DNA of 62,224 bases from a virus (Duplodnaviria > Caudoviricetes): IMG/VR virus record IMGVR_UViG_3300032291_003678, positions 1 to 62,224 of that record, one strand, 5' to 3'. The translations under genes and the position numbers were made by a program. The notes under the pieces were generated by a model. That model was not told the DNA's origin. It made no database searches and was given only the letters and a program-made list of their open reading frames with translations. Numbering within the stretch: position 1 is the first letter of the stretch; each line of letters starts with the position of its first letter. Below, piece by piece: positions 29,618 to 38,859 of this stretch.

Positions 29618-31042
29618 TTAATACGTTAATTTATGAACTAATTCTAGGGGCTCCAAATCTTCTACCATAAAGAATTCAAATGGTTTCTTAGGTGTAAATT
29701 TTTCTAATGTTAAATCAATATCTTTAATTACATTATTGCACATCATGCGAGAAGACATTCCTGATTCATCTGATGTTACCCATTCTCTAGCTGCTTTACC
29801 ATTCTCATCTCTTTCTTCAGGAGATAATTCATAAGCTTGTTGAATAGCATTAGCTAAATCTCTAAAGTCTAATCTATCATCCCAAATATAAGGAGTTGTA
29901 GGTGAACCCACTAATGACATATTATTTGGAAATACTGGTATAGCCCATTTACCATGTTTTTTATAAGTACCGAAGTGGTTTGAAGGGAATTCAGGTGTAA
30001 AATCAATCCATTTACCATTTTTATCTTCGAATCTCATTTGATCTTGCATACCACCTGTTACATTAGCAATAATCATTCTACCTGCCATCATAGCCTCAGT
30101 TAATGCTAATCCCCATCCTTCATTTGAAGAAGGTAATACCGTTACATCAGAGATATTATATAAATCGTTTAATTCATTAGTACCAAGTCTTTGATCTGAA
30201 AAGAATATATTTGATTTTGGGCCAAATAATAATGTTTTTACAGCATCTAAATCTGTACCATTTCCATCTACAACTTGAGTGTGTAATACTAAAGCAATTT
30301 TATCTGCTTTTTCTTTAGGTAATGAATCTAAAAACATTTTATGGGCAGCCATTAAATCACTAACACATTTTCTTCTAATATTTCTTGAGTTAAAAAATAC
30401 TACAAAATCAAATTCTTTATCACCAAACAATTTTTTCTTAGTATTTTGTAATTGAGATTTATCTTCTATAGGGAAGAATTGTTTTTCATTAATTCCATGA
30501 GGTACATAAGAGATAAGTTTACCATCTGCTCTTTTACCTAAAACCATTTCATTGATGTTTTTAGTTTGTTTTGAGATAGCTAATAATGTATCACATGATT
30601 CATAAAAGGCTCTATTGTAAAGTGGAGCTGGTAAGTCATCCCAAATATTTAAATAAATCATTGGAATTTGTTTTCTTACTTCATTTTCAATAGCAAATAA
30701 CCAATCATAGTATCTTGGATCTGTAAAAAACATTAAACCATCAGGTTTTTCATTTTTCAACATATATCTGATTAAATCAGCATTACCGTATCCATTATTT
30801 GGGTAAATAACTACATCTGTATCTGTAAGTTGGGTTTCAGTGTTAGTGGCTTGAGATAAATCTAATCTTTGACCATGTTCTGGGTGGTTAATAGCTGCTC
30901 CTATTATTACCCAATTGTAGTGGTGGGCAGTCCCTAAAACTATTTCTCGGGCCATTGTAGCAATACCCGAATGCATTCTAATGTCATCGCAAATGAATAA
31001 TATTTTTTTCCTTTGCTCTTTAGGTAGATAACCTTCTTTCAT
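29618..31042 (-). CDS. GT4 (GT-B) glycosyltransferase
   Basis: VPHGI, RNIRRK, NEGWGLALTEAM. Confidence 0.87.
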   Translation of the reverse strand: MKEGYLPKEQRKKILFICDDIRMHSGIATMAREIVLGTAHHYNWVIIGAAINHPEHGQRLDLSQATNTETQLTDTDVVIYPNNGYGNADLIRYMLKNEKPDGLMFFTDPRYYDWLFAIENEVRKQIPMIYLNIWDDLPAPLYNRAFYESCDTLLAISKQTKNINEMVLGKRADGKLISYVPHGINEKQFFPIEDKSQLQNTKKKLFGDKEFDFVVFFNSRNIRRKCVSDLMAAHKMFLDSLPKEKADKIALVLHTQVVDGNGTDLDAVKTLLFGPKSNIFFSDQRLGTNELNDLYNISDVTVLPSSNEGWGLALTEAMMAGRMIIANVTGGMQDQMRFEDKNGKWIDFTPEFPSNHFGTYKKHGKWAIPVFPNNMSLVGSPTTPYIWDDRLDFRDLANAIQQAYELSPEERDENGKAAREWVTSDESGMSSRMMCNNVIKDIDLTLEKFTPKKPFEFFMVEDLEPLELVHKLTY

Positions 31043-31053
31043 AAACTAATTTA

Positions 31054-31242
31054 TTATTTTTCTAATTCTAAGTTCATATGGTTGTGAACTAATTTTTGGA
31101 ACTCAGGGTCCGTTAAATACAGATGCATACATCTATCTGCTAATTTTTGTAGAGAAAACTTAGTTTTAATTGTCTCTATCTTAAATGCTTCAAAGATATC
31201 TTTGTCTACCTTTACACTTGTTAATTGTTGATTTGTACTCAT
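31054..31242 (-). CDS. small putative ribbon-helix-helix DNA-binding protein
   Basis: LTSVKVD strand followed by two helices. Confidence 0.55.
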   Translation of the reverse strand: MSTNQQLTSVKVDKDIFEAFKIETIKTKFSLQKLADRCMHLYLTDPEFQKLVHNHMNLELEK

Positions 31243-31288
31243 GTTTTTAATTATTATTAATTAATGTTATATATAAATATACCAATAT

Positions 31289-32260
31289 CTAATAAAATGC
31301 AAAGGATTTTTTAATTTCCTCATTTTTATCACACAAATCGGGATTGTTAGAATAAGGGCAAAAATGACAATTATGTTTGCTTGGGTTCTTTTCTAGTGGG
31401 ATCGGATTATAAGATCCTTCATCTGTAAATACTTGAGTTAAAAAACTCTCTAATAATTGTGTTGACTTATTTATTTTTACTTTACCAGCAGCAGGTTTAA
31501 ATTCTTGGATTCGTTTTTGTGGAAAATCTCCACCTTCATATACTTTTCTCCTAGTAATAAAATATTCAACCTCAATATTATCAATTGGAAAATTATACTG
31601 TTCGGCAAAGAATTTTTTATAAAGAATTAATTGAGACATTTTAATGTCATCTTTCTTTTCCTTATCTCCCCAACCTCGAGTTGAAGTTTTAATATCAAGA
31701 ATTTTTATAGTATTGGTTGGTTCGTGGTAGAACACTACATCTATAAACCCATTAAATAAAACATTATTTAGTTTTTTGATTGGGTTTAAAACAATAGGTA
31801 CTTCACATCCTACCAAATACCATCCACGTTTTGAGAAATAAGTTCCTTTTTTCTTTTTAATATAATCTAAAATTTGAAGACCATCATCACAAAATTCGGC
31901 TAATTCTGCAGGGTTTGAAAAGTGAATATTTTTATTTTTAATGTAAAAATTCTTGTACTCTTCTCTCAATGCAGTTTTAAATTCAGTTTCAATATCTAAT
32001 CTATCAGCCGCTGCTCCACTTTCCTCGTAAAATACCGTTAGATAATGTTGAAGAGCGCGATGTAAAGCCGTACCAAATACCGCATGTATACTAGGTTCAA
32101 AAACCTTATGCCCGTCTCTATACTTTAAACCCCAATGATGAGGGCATGTAGCAAATATACTTAATTGAGAATAAGATACGGATTTATGATAAGCATAGTT
32201 TATCTCTGGTACAGTTACCTTTTGTAGGTCTTTTAAGGCTTTAGGGAGTTTTTTAGCCAA
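31289..32260 (-). CDS. PD-(D/E)XK Cas4/RecB-like exonuclease
   Basis: SYSQL..CP, FGTALH, GFID..ILDIKT, QLILY, C-terminal CHFCPY...C. Confidence 0.88.
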   Translation of the reverse strand: MAKKLPKALKDLQKVTVPEINYAYHKSVSYSQLSIFATCPHHWGLKYRDGHKVFEPSIHAVFGTALHRALQHYLTVFYEESGAAADRLDIETEFKTALREEYKNFYIKNKNIHFSNPAELAEFCDDGLQILDYIKKKKGTYFSKRGWYLVGCEVPIVLNPIKKLNNVLFNGFIDVVFYHEPTNTIKILDIKTSTRGWGDKEKKDDIKMSQLILYKKFFAEQYNFPIDNIEVEYFITRRKVYEGGDFPQKRIQEFKPAAGKVKINKSTQLLESFLTQVFTDEGSYNPIPLEKNPSKHNCHFCPYSNNPDLCDKNEEIKKSFAFY

Positions 32261-32537
32261 GGTTTTTTCTGTTTTGGATTTCTCTATCTAAATAAAATAA
32301 AGCTTTTTCTAAATCCTGGATAATATTGTCTTTTTTACCTGCTCTGGAAATGTATTTAAGTGTGTTACCTAAATTAAAACCTACTTTCCATGCTTCGATT
32401 ACTTTAATAGCCTCGTATGGGTTATCTTTACCTCCATAATGTTGAGGGTGGATTACTTGGTCGTTATCATCTTCATCCATTGTAACTATTACTTCTCTTT
32501 GATTCATTTCTTCAAATTTTTTTCTTGAGTCACTCAT
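32253..32537 (-). CDS. DUF3310 protein (T7 gp1.7-like, putative nucleotide kinase)
   Basis: HPQHY, GNTLKYISRAGKK..QDLEKA.FYL. Confidence 0.88.
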   Translation of the reverse strand: MSDSRKKFEEMNQREVIVTMDEDDNDQVIHPQHYGGKDNPYEAIKVIEAWKVGFNLGNTLKYISRAGKKDNIIQDLEKALFYLDREIQNRKNLG

Positions 32538-32953
32538 TTTAATAACTTTTTAATTTCTTTTTCTTCTTTACCTAACTGTTGCAAAATTGCAATTACATCT
32601 TGTTGAGTTAGTATGTTACAGTAATCTAAAACCTCTCTAGTACTTATTTGAAAGTACTCAGATAGTAAACTTAGTACTTCTTTTACGTACTGTTGTTTTG
32701 TAGGCTTTACATACTTGTTGAAGAATTTTTGTTTGGGTAAAGTTTTACAATAAAACTCATATAATCTTTGTTTTGGTAATTGATGTTCTTGAATCTCAGC
32801 TACTAATTCAATGTAATTGGGATTCATTGAGATAATTTTATTAATCATGAAATTGTTAAAGATTTCATGCTCCTCGTTCGAAAACGAGGACCATGGCTCT
32901 TTGTCATAAGACATTTGCTTTACCCAATCAAAAATGGTTTTAATTTTGGTCAT
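32534..32953 (-). CDS. clamp loader small subunit (T4 gp62-like)
   Basis: FMINKIISM...LPKQKFFNKYVK; next to RFC-like ATPase. Confidence 0.65.
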   Translation of the reverse strand: MTKIKTIFDWVKQMSYDKEPWSSFSNEEHEIFNNFMINKIISMNPNYIELVAEIQEHQLPKQRLYEFYCKTLPKQKFFNKYVKPTKQQYVKEVLSLLSEYFQISTREVLDYCNILTQQDVIAILQQLGKEEKEIKKLLK

Positions 32954-33182
32954 CTTCTAAAATGAATTTAAATTCATCAGGTAAACCATCTTTTAAAACT
33001 TCACCTGTTTCTGGGTCATAGAATACTTGGATAGGTAATACATTATCTTCGTTAGTACCTGTAATGAATTTAGATACTTTTCTTAGTAAGTATCCTTGGT
33101 GCCAAATTTTACCACCAGCGGCAGTTAAAATTGGAGTTGTTTTGCTTAAATCTAAGCTCATTTGTGGTTGTTGATCTTCCAT
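32940..33182 (-). CDS. hypothetical protein
   Basis: ORF in replication operon. Confidence 0.7.
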   Translation of the reverse strand: MEDQQPQMSLDLSKTTPILTAAGGKIWHQGYLLRKVSKFITGTNEDNVLPIQVFYDPETGEVLKDGLPDEFKFILEDDQN

Positions 33183-33188
33183 CTTTGT

Positions 33189-34100
33189 TTATTTGGTTGT
33201 TAATAATTTTGAAACACAGGCACAAAATGTAATTTCTTTATCAGGTGCCATAATTGATTTGTATTGGTAATCTGCTATTACAAGAGTAGCAATTGATGAA
33301 TCTGTAAATTCATCTGCTCTTTCAAATAATACTCTATATAACTCATTATAATCTCTAATATTAGAATCCATTACTAACTGTCTTATAGTAGTAAAATTCT
33401 TAACATTTTTGGTTTTAAGTAATTCTATTACTTGATCTGATGTTTGTTTAAAATTAGTAATAGTTCTACTTTCTACTAATTCACCATTTTTAAGAGAAGA
33501 TTGTAGTAAGTTTAAGGTTTTTCTAATATCGGGATAAGTTTGTTTAACAATTCTTACTATATCAGCTTTAGTATAAGTAATACTTTCTAAATCTAGAATT
33601 TCAACACACTTGAAGGCTACATCCTGCATTGATGGAGGAGTTAATTCAAATATTACTGTTCTAGATTGAATAGGATCAATTATACGTTCAATGTAATTGC
33701 AAGTAAAAACAAAACGAGTATTTAAACTGTATGTTTCAATTATATTACGAAGTGCTGCTTGAGCGTTTATTGTTAAGAAATCTGCTTCATCCATTATAAC
33801 CACTTTTTGTGGTTTAAAACTAGCTGCTGAAGCAAATGATTTTACCTTATCTCTAATAGTATCAATACCATTTTCATCAGAACAATTAATGTATAATGAA
33901 TCACAATCAATATTATTGATGATTAGTTTGGCTGCAGTAGTTTTACCTGTTCCTGCTCCTCCTGTTAATAGTAGGTGAGGAATATCATTAGAATCAATCC
34001 ATTGTTGCAAAGATGATTTAAAATCATCATTTCCAATGTACCCTTCTAAGGTATCAGGTCTATACTTTTCGGTAAATAAGGTGTGTTTTTTATTGAACAT
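33189..34100 (-). CDS. clamp loader AAA+ subunit (RFC / T4 gp44-like)
   Basis: EKYRP, GGAGTGKTT, DEAD, AQAALR, PIQSR. Confidence 0.95.
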   Translation of the reverse strand: MFNKKHTLFTEKYRPDTLEGYIGNDDFKSSLQQWIDSNDIPHLLLTGGAGTGKTTAAKLIINNIDCDSLYINCSDENGIDTIRDKVKSFASAASFKPQKVVIMDEADFLTINAQAALRNIIETYSLNTRFVFTCNYIERIIDPIQSRTVIFELTPPSMQDVAFKCVEILDLESITYTKADIVRIVKQTYPDIRKTLNLLQSSLKNGELVESRTITNFKQTSDQVIELLKTKNVKNFTTIRQLVMDSNIRDYNELYRVLFERADEFTDSSIATLVIADYQYKSIMAPDKEITFCACVSKLLTTK

Positions 34101-34116
34101 AACTTTTATAATATAT

Positions 34117-34138
34117 GGAGCCTCTTTCGAGGCTCCAA
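34117..34138 (-). terminator. hairpin after groEL, putative terminator or processing site
   Basis: TGGAGCCTC-TTTC-GAGGCTCCA perfect stem; U-tract weak. Confidence 0.5.
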
Positions 34139-34143
34139 ATTTA

Positions 34144-35784
34144 TTACATCATTCCTTGCATAGGATTGACTTCTTCTTTTTTGTCTTCTTTTTTCTCGTA
34201 AATTACAGATTCTGTTGTTAGGATTGTACCTGCAACTGAAGCTGCGTTTTCTAAAGCAATACGAGTTACTTTTTTAGGATCAATAATACCTGCTCCTTTA
34301 AAGTCCATTGTTGATAAGTCTTTATAGTTAAGACCAGCCCAATTACTTCCTTTTTCTGAGTCAGTTAATTTAGAACCTAAGTATTGAACTTCAGTCAAAT
34401 CATGTCCGGCGTTAGTTAAGATTCTTTGGAATGGAGCAGCTGCTGCTCTATAAACAATTTTCTTACCATTTACAAAATCATTTGAACCTTCAAAAGTAAT
34501 ACCTTTACGAGCATATAGTAAAGCAGTTCCACCACCAATTACAATACCTTCTTCTAAAGCAGCTTTTGTAGCAAATAAAGCATCTTCTACTCTATCTTTT
34601 TTCTCTTTGATCTCTAATTCACTATTACCACCTACGTTAATAATAGCTACACCACCAATCATTTTACCTAAACGCTCTTGTAATTTTTCTTTTTCAAATG
34701 GTGAACCTGCGTCATCAATTTGCTTTTTAATTTCTTGAGCTCTAGTTTCGATTGCTTCTTCTGATCCCTTACCATCAACAATGGTTGTTTTATCTTTACC
34801 GATTGTAGCAGTACGAGAATTACCTAGACATTGTTTTAATGTATTAACATCAATTTTATCAAGTTTATGACCTTTATCTTTAGAAAGAACTTGACCACCT
34901 GTAATAGTAGCTAAATCTTCTAAAGCCATTGTTCTACGATCTCCAAATTCAGGTGCTTTAACTGCTACTACATTTACAATACCTCTCATTTTATTAACGA
35001 TAGACACGGCTAATGCTTCACCATCCACATCTTCTGCTACTACTAATAGTGCTCGTTTTTCAGTGTTGGCTAATGTTAAAGCTGGAATTAATTCTTGGTG
35101 GTTAGTAATTCTACCATTATAAATTAAAATGTAAGGGTTATCTAACACAGCTGTCATTGTATTGTTATCTGTTACAAAATAAGGTGATTTATAACCTCTA
35201 TCAAATTGCATACCTTCAACAATCTCAAGTGAAGTTTCACCTGATTTTGATTCCTCGATAGCTACAATCCCATCTCTACCTACTTTTTCTAAAGCAGTAG
35301 CAATTAAATTTCCGATTTCTTCATCGTTGTTACCTGAGATAGTAGCGACTTCTTTGATTTGTTGATTATCAGAAATTTCTTCTGTTAGGTTATTAAGAGC
35401 GGATTTAAGTTCTTCTACAGCTGCATCAATCCCCTTTTTAATTTCAATTGGGTTTTGACCTGCACTTACGTGTTTTAATCCTTCTTCTAGGATTGCATAA
35501 GACAATAAAGTAGAAGTAGTAGTACCATCACCCACTTCATTAGCGGATTTAATTGATACTTTTTTAACTAATTCAGCACCAATTGATTCGATTGGATCTT
35601 CTAATTCTTTAAATTCTTTAGCTACAGATACACCGTCTTTGGTTACTGTTAATTGACCATAATCTCCTTTGATTAATACTGTTCTACCTGCTGGTCCTAA
35701 GGTAGAAGATACACTATCATTAAGTTTTTTAACTCCTGATAGTAATTTTGTTTTTAATTCTGTTCCGAATGCTGTTTCTGTCAT
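34144..35784 (-). CDS. groEL: chaperonin GroEL
   Basis: [46 protein letters not shown]. Confidence 0.98.
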   Translation of the reverse strand: MTETAFGTELKTKLLSGVKKLNDSVSSTLGPAGRTVLIKGDYGQLTVTKDGVSVAKEFKELEDPIESIGAELVKKVSIKSANEVGDGTTTSTLLSYAILEEGLKHVSAGQNPIEIKKGIDAAVEELKSALNNLTEEISDNQQIKEVATISGNNDEEIGNLIATALEKVGRDGIVAIEESKSGETSLEIVEGMQFDRGYKSPYFVTDNNTMTAVLDNPYILIYNGRITNHQELIPALTLANTEKRALLVVAEDVDGEALAVSIVNKMRGIVNVVAVKAPEFGDRRTMALEDLATITGGQVLSKDKGHKLDKIDVNTLKQCLGNSRTATIGKDKTTIVDGKGSEEAIETRAQEIKKQIDDAGSPFEKEKLQERLGKMIGGVAIINVGGNSELEIKEKKDRVEDALFATKAALEEGIVIGGGTALLYARKGITFEGSNDFVNGKKIVYRAAAAPFQRILTNAGHDLTEVQYLGSKLTDSEKGSNWAGLNYKDLSTMDFKGAGIIDPKKVTRIALENAASVAGTILTTESVIYEKKEDKKEEVNPMQGMM

Positions 35785-35786
35785 GA

Positions 35787-36080
35787 TTAGTCTTCTATAA
35801 CTGATAAAATATCATTTTGGTTAGCGATTAAGTAATCTTCTCCCTCTAATTTAACTTTGTGAACTCCCATTGGTGGTAATACAACTTTCATTCCTGCTTT
35901 TAAATCCATAGGAGCAAATTCCCCTTTACTGTAATTATAAACTTGGGATACTGCTAATATTTCTCCCATAATTGGTTTTTCATTTCCCATATCAGGAATG
36001 ATAATGTTACCCACCATCATTTCTGATTCTTCCATGGGCTTTAGAATAACATTGCCGTTTCTCGGCTTTAATTTACTCAT
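35787..36080 (-). CDS. groES: co-chaperonin GroES
   Basis: LKP.NGNVIL, GNIIIPD..EKP..GEILAV. Confidence 0.93.
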   Translation of the reverse strand: MSKLKPRNGNVILKPMEESEMMVGNIIIPDMGNEKPIMGEILAVSQVYNYSKGEFAPMDLKAGMKVVLPPMGVHKVKLEGEDYLIANQNDILSVIED

Positions 36081-36373
36081 AATGTAATTGAATTGGTTAA
36101 ATTGTTAAAATTAATTTCTACTGCTTTAGCATATTCCTTAATAGTATATTTAGAGGTATCTAAAGCTTGTTGTTTTGAAATAGAAAACAATGCTGAGGAG
36201 AGTTTAGTAAAATAACCATAAGGTTTTTCTGATTGAGTTGTTGGGTCAATTAGAACCACATTGTAACAACCTTCATCAATAATAATCTTATAGTCTCCTA
36301 AAGCAGGATCCTCAATCATTGATCTTTTCTTAATTGTGCCTTTTTGTCGGCCTTTAAAATTTACATTTGCCAT
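36077..36373 (-). CDS. hypothetical protein
   Basis: Downstream of promoter variant at 36394. Confidence 0.7.
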   Translation of the reverse strand: MANVNFKGRQKGTIKKRSMIEDPALGDYKIIIDEGCYNVVLIDPTTQSEKPYGYFTKLSSALFSISKQQALDTSKYTIKEYAKAVEINFNNLTNSITL

Positions 36374-36454
36374 AACTTTTTTTATTTGTTTCGTATAATA
36401 TACGAAAAAATTTTTGGGTATCCAAACAAAACTTAACCTAAGGGCGTAAGGTTA

Positions 36455-36862
36455 TTATTTTATTTTTATGGTTTTGGGTTTTGCTTTTTCAGCAATAGGG
36501 ATAGAAATTTCTAGCAAACCATTTTCTAGTTTTGCTAACGCTAAAGATAAGTCATATTTAGCTGAAATTTTATAACCTAAACTAAAGGATTTTTTAGATA
36601 ATCCTCTATGAATTGTTCCAGGGTGAAGTTCTTTTTCTTCTTCTGGTTTGTCATAACTGATTTTTAGAATATCATCTTCGATATCTACTGTAACATCGTC
36701 TTTAGTAAGACCAGTACATGCTACTTCAAAGTGAAGTCCTGCATCGTCGTAAAAGATATTTAAGGGGTGAGGTTGTTTTGTGGTTGCTGCTGAACCGTAT
36801 CCACTTGTTGGGTAAAAGAAATTGTGGAATAGAATGTCAAATTCATTAAAGTTTGTACTCAT
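36455..36862 (-). CDS. small heat-shock protein (Hsp20/IbpA-like)
   Basis: PLNI, EVACTG, HRGLSKKSF, AKLENGLLEISIP. Confidence 0.93.
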   Translation of the reverse strand: MSTNFNEFDILFHNFFYPTSGYGSAATTKQPHPLNIFYDDAGLHFEVACTGLTKDDVTVDIEDDILKISYDKPEEEKELHPGTIHRGLSKKSFSLGYKISAKYDLSLALAKLENGLLEISIPIAEKAKPKTIKIK

Positions 36863-36934
36863 ATTGATTTACGTTTTGTGAGTGCTTTTGCTACTCGTTA
36901 TTAATTGCCCTTAGGTCATTTGTCATAAATATTA

Positions 36935-37657
36935 CTACTCATGTAAAGCCACAAGAAAATATTCAGACTTTACTCCTGCTTCTTCTAGATTAATTTTTAA
37001 TAATCCATCTTTATAAAGATATGCTTTACCAACTGAATCTTTATTTACAGATACTATTTCTCTGAAGTTATTAGCACTAAATGCTACTGATTTTATGTGA
37101 TTAGTAATATTGCCGGGTTCAGAAAAATTTACTTTATTTGAATAAGATGATTTTTCTCCAATTATAAAACCAACAACATCCTCTTTTTGAAAATCTTTAG
37201 TTATTCCAATCTCAAAACGAGGTGGTTTATCTAAGGCATTGTGTGCTTTAATATATTTTTGAGTAAAATCAAAATTAATATCAAATTCTAAATCATGTGG
37301 TGGTAGGTTTGGAGCTACACCTGGATCCTGAATTAATCCTAAATCACTTAAATTGTAAGATAAATCAAATTGGTTATCACTAATATGAAGTTTTAAAAAG
37401 TGATTACCTTGTTTTTCTAATTTCAGTTCAATGTAATCGTTTGTAATATTAAGTAATTTAAGCAATTGACCAGTATTAAAAATACCAATCTCACAGTCTT
37501 CTAATGTTATAGGCGCAGTAATTTCTCCAATACAATCCTTATTGTCGACTGCAAATTTAATGTGAGCTTCGTTGTTTTTAACCTTAAATTTAACTTGAGA
37601 TGTTAGTCCGTTTAAGTAAAAACTTTCAATTATTTGTGCTAATATTTTTTTATCCAT
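36935..37657 (-). CDS. sliding clamp (T4 gp45/PCNA-like)
   Basis: IGIFNTGQLLKLL, C-terminal YFLVA; 240 aa, adjacent to PolB. Confidence 0.75.
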   Translation of the reverse strand: MDKKILAQIIESFYLNGLTSQVKFKVKNNEAHIKFAVDNKDCIGEITAPITLEDCEIGIFNTGQLLKLLNITNDYIELKLEKQGNHFLKLHISDNQFDLSYNLSDLGLIQDPGVAPNLPPHDLEFDINFDFTQKYIKAHNALDKPPRFEIGITKDFQKEDVVGFIIGEKSSYSNKVNFSEPGNITNHIKSVAFSANNFREIVSVNKDSVGKAYLYKDGLLKINLEEAGVKSEYFLVALHE

Positions 37658-37658
37658 T

Positions 37659-38594
37659 TTATGAGAATGTAAAGAATTTATGTATTAATGGGTTTGCAGG
37701 TGGTAATGACCATTCTAAGTCATCATAAAAACCTTGTAATTTATTTTGTAATATAGTTTCAAAACTTTTACCTCTATCAATATATTCATTGATAAAATCT
37801 TTCATTTTTTGGGGTAAATCAAATTCTAAGAAAGCTATAGCTTCCATTTGATAAGGATTATCTTTTAAATAAACCCATTTGATTTTATCGCCTTGAACTA
37901 TTTGACTATGGTCTTTATCTAATTGCCAAAACCTTAATAAGTCATTATAGCAAGTAGCAGCTTTAACATTAGCACCTGCACCTTTTTTAAGTGTAGATAA
38001 TATTTTACCTGGTTTTGGAGTAGCCTCAACATAGTCATTTAATACTTTAACTGATGTTGGATTACCTATTAGAGTAAAATCAACATCAGGTGAAGTTGCT
38101 TCAGTTCTAAAATCATGAATTTTTTTATCTACAATACTTTGTGGAGTGCCTTTAATAATTAATTCAAGTATTTCTTGATAAAACTTACCAAAGTATTTTG
38201 GGAAATTAGCTTTTTTAAATTCTAATCCTTTAATATCAAGTTCTTCTTTTGATATACCCTCTTTTTTAGTAATCCATTGAGCATAACGTCTTGTAGCTCT
38301 AAAATAGGCAGAACGAATAACACACTCGGTTTTCATTTCTAATCGGTGTGTACTAATATTAAAGGCTTCTCTAGCGAGTGTGTTATAATGTTCTGTTATA
38401 ATGTCTTGATATTTGAGAGCTACTTTCTCTAATAAATCATCTTTTTCCTGGTCAGGTTTTTCATCAAAATCAGGATATAAATGTTTTAATAAAGGTTCAG
38501 CATTAAAGTAATTAGAGTCTGTATCCACATAGGCACAAAAATTAAAATCACCTTCATCACAAATCCACCATGGAGTATCTTCTAAATGCCTCAT
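37659..38594 (-). CDS. family B DNA polymerase, C-terminal subunit (motif C, thumb)
   Basis: YVDTDS, RRYA, IKGLE; likely start MRHLED; C-terminal clamp-binding-like IHKFF. Confidence 0.9.
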   Translation of the reverse strand: MRHLEDTPWWICDEGDFNFCAYVDTDSNYFNAEPLLKHLYPDFDEKPDQEKDDLLEKVALKYQDIITEHYNTLAREAFNISTHRLEMKTECVIRSAYFRATRRYAQWITKKEGISKEELDIKGLEFKKANFPKYFGKFYQEILELIIKGTPQSIVDKKIHDFRTEATSPDVDFTLIGNPTSVKVLNDYVEATPKPGKILSTLKKGAGANVKAATCYNDLLRFWQLDKDHSQIVQGDKIKWVYLKDNPYQMEAIAFLEFDLPQKMKDFINEYIDRGKSFETILQNKLQGFYDDLEWSLPPANPLIHKFFTFS

Positions 38595-38595
38595 A

Positions 38596-38859
38596 TTAAA
38601 ATGTTCTTTCTCCAGGTACTGGTGGTAAATTAACTGGTCTGTTACCTTTGGAGTCAATATCTGTTCTTTCTTTAATTGTTATTTCAAAAGAATTTCCATT
38701 AACTTTACATCTTCCTCCTTGTTGTAGCATTTTTTTAAAGAATTTTTCTTGCGATTCATTCCACTCTTGAGATAGAGCAATTACTTCAGCTTTATCGGCT
38801 TTCTCTCCATTTAAGGTAATACTTACTCCATTTCTAATTGATTGTCCTTTTAATGCCAT
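38596..38859 (-). CDS. small ORF inserted between the two PolB halves
   Basis: 87 aa; TAATG overlap with the PolB-N stop; its stop lies 1 nt before the PolB-C start. Confidence 0.75.
   Translation of the reverse strand: MALKGQSIRNGVSITLNGEKADKAEVIALSQEWNESQEKFFKKMLQQGGRCKVNGNSFEITIKERTDIDSKGNRPVNLPPVPGERTF

Noticed and set aside
31289-32260. Cas4 as part of a CRISPR-Cas system
   Set aside because: Stand-alone PD-(D/E)XK nuclease in a replication operon; no repeats or other cas genes.
36879-36897. CIRCE element before hsp20/groES
   Set aside because: Only a half-site-like AGCACTC; no TTAGCACTC-N9-GAGTGCTAA.
38596-38859. Group I intron or intein in PolB
   Set aside because: No recognisable intron core or intein termini; tight stop/start coupling suggests separate genes (not excluded without RT-PCR).
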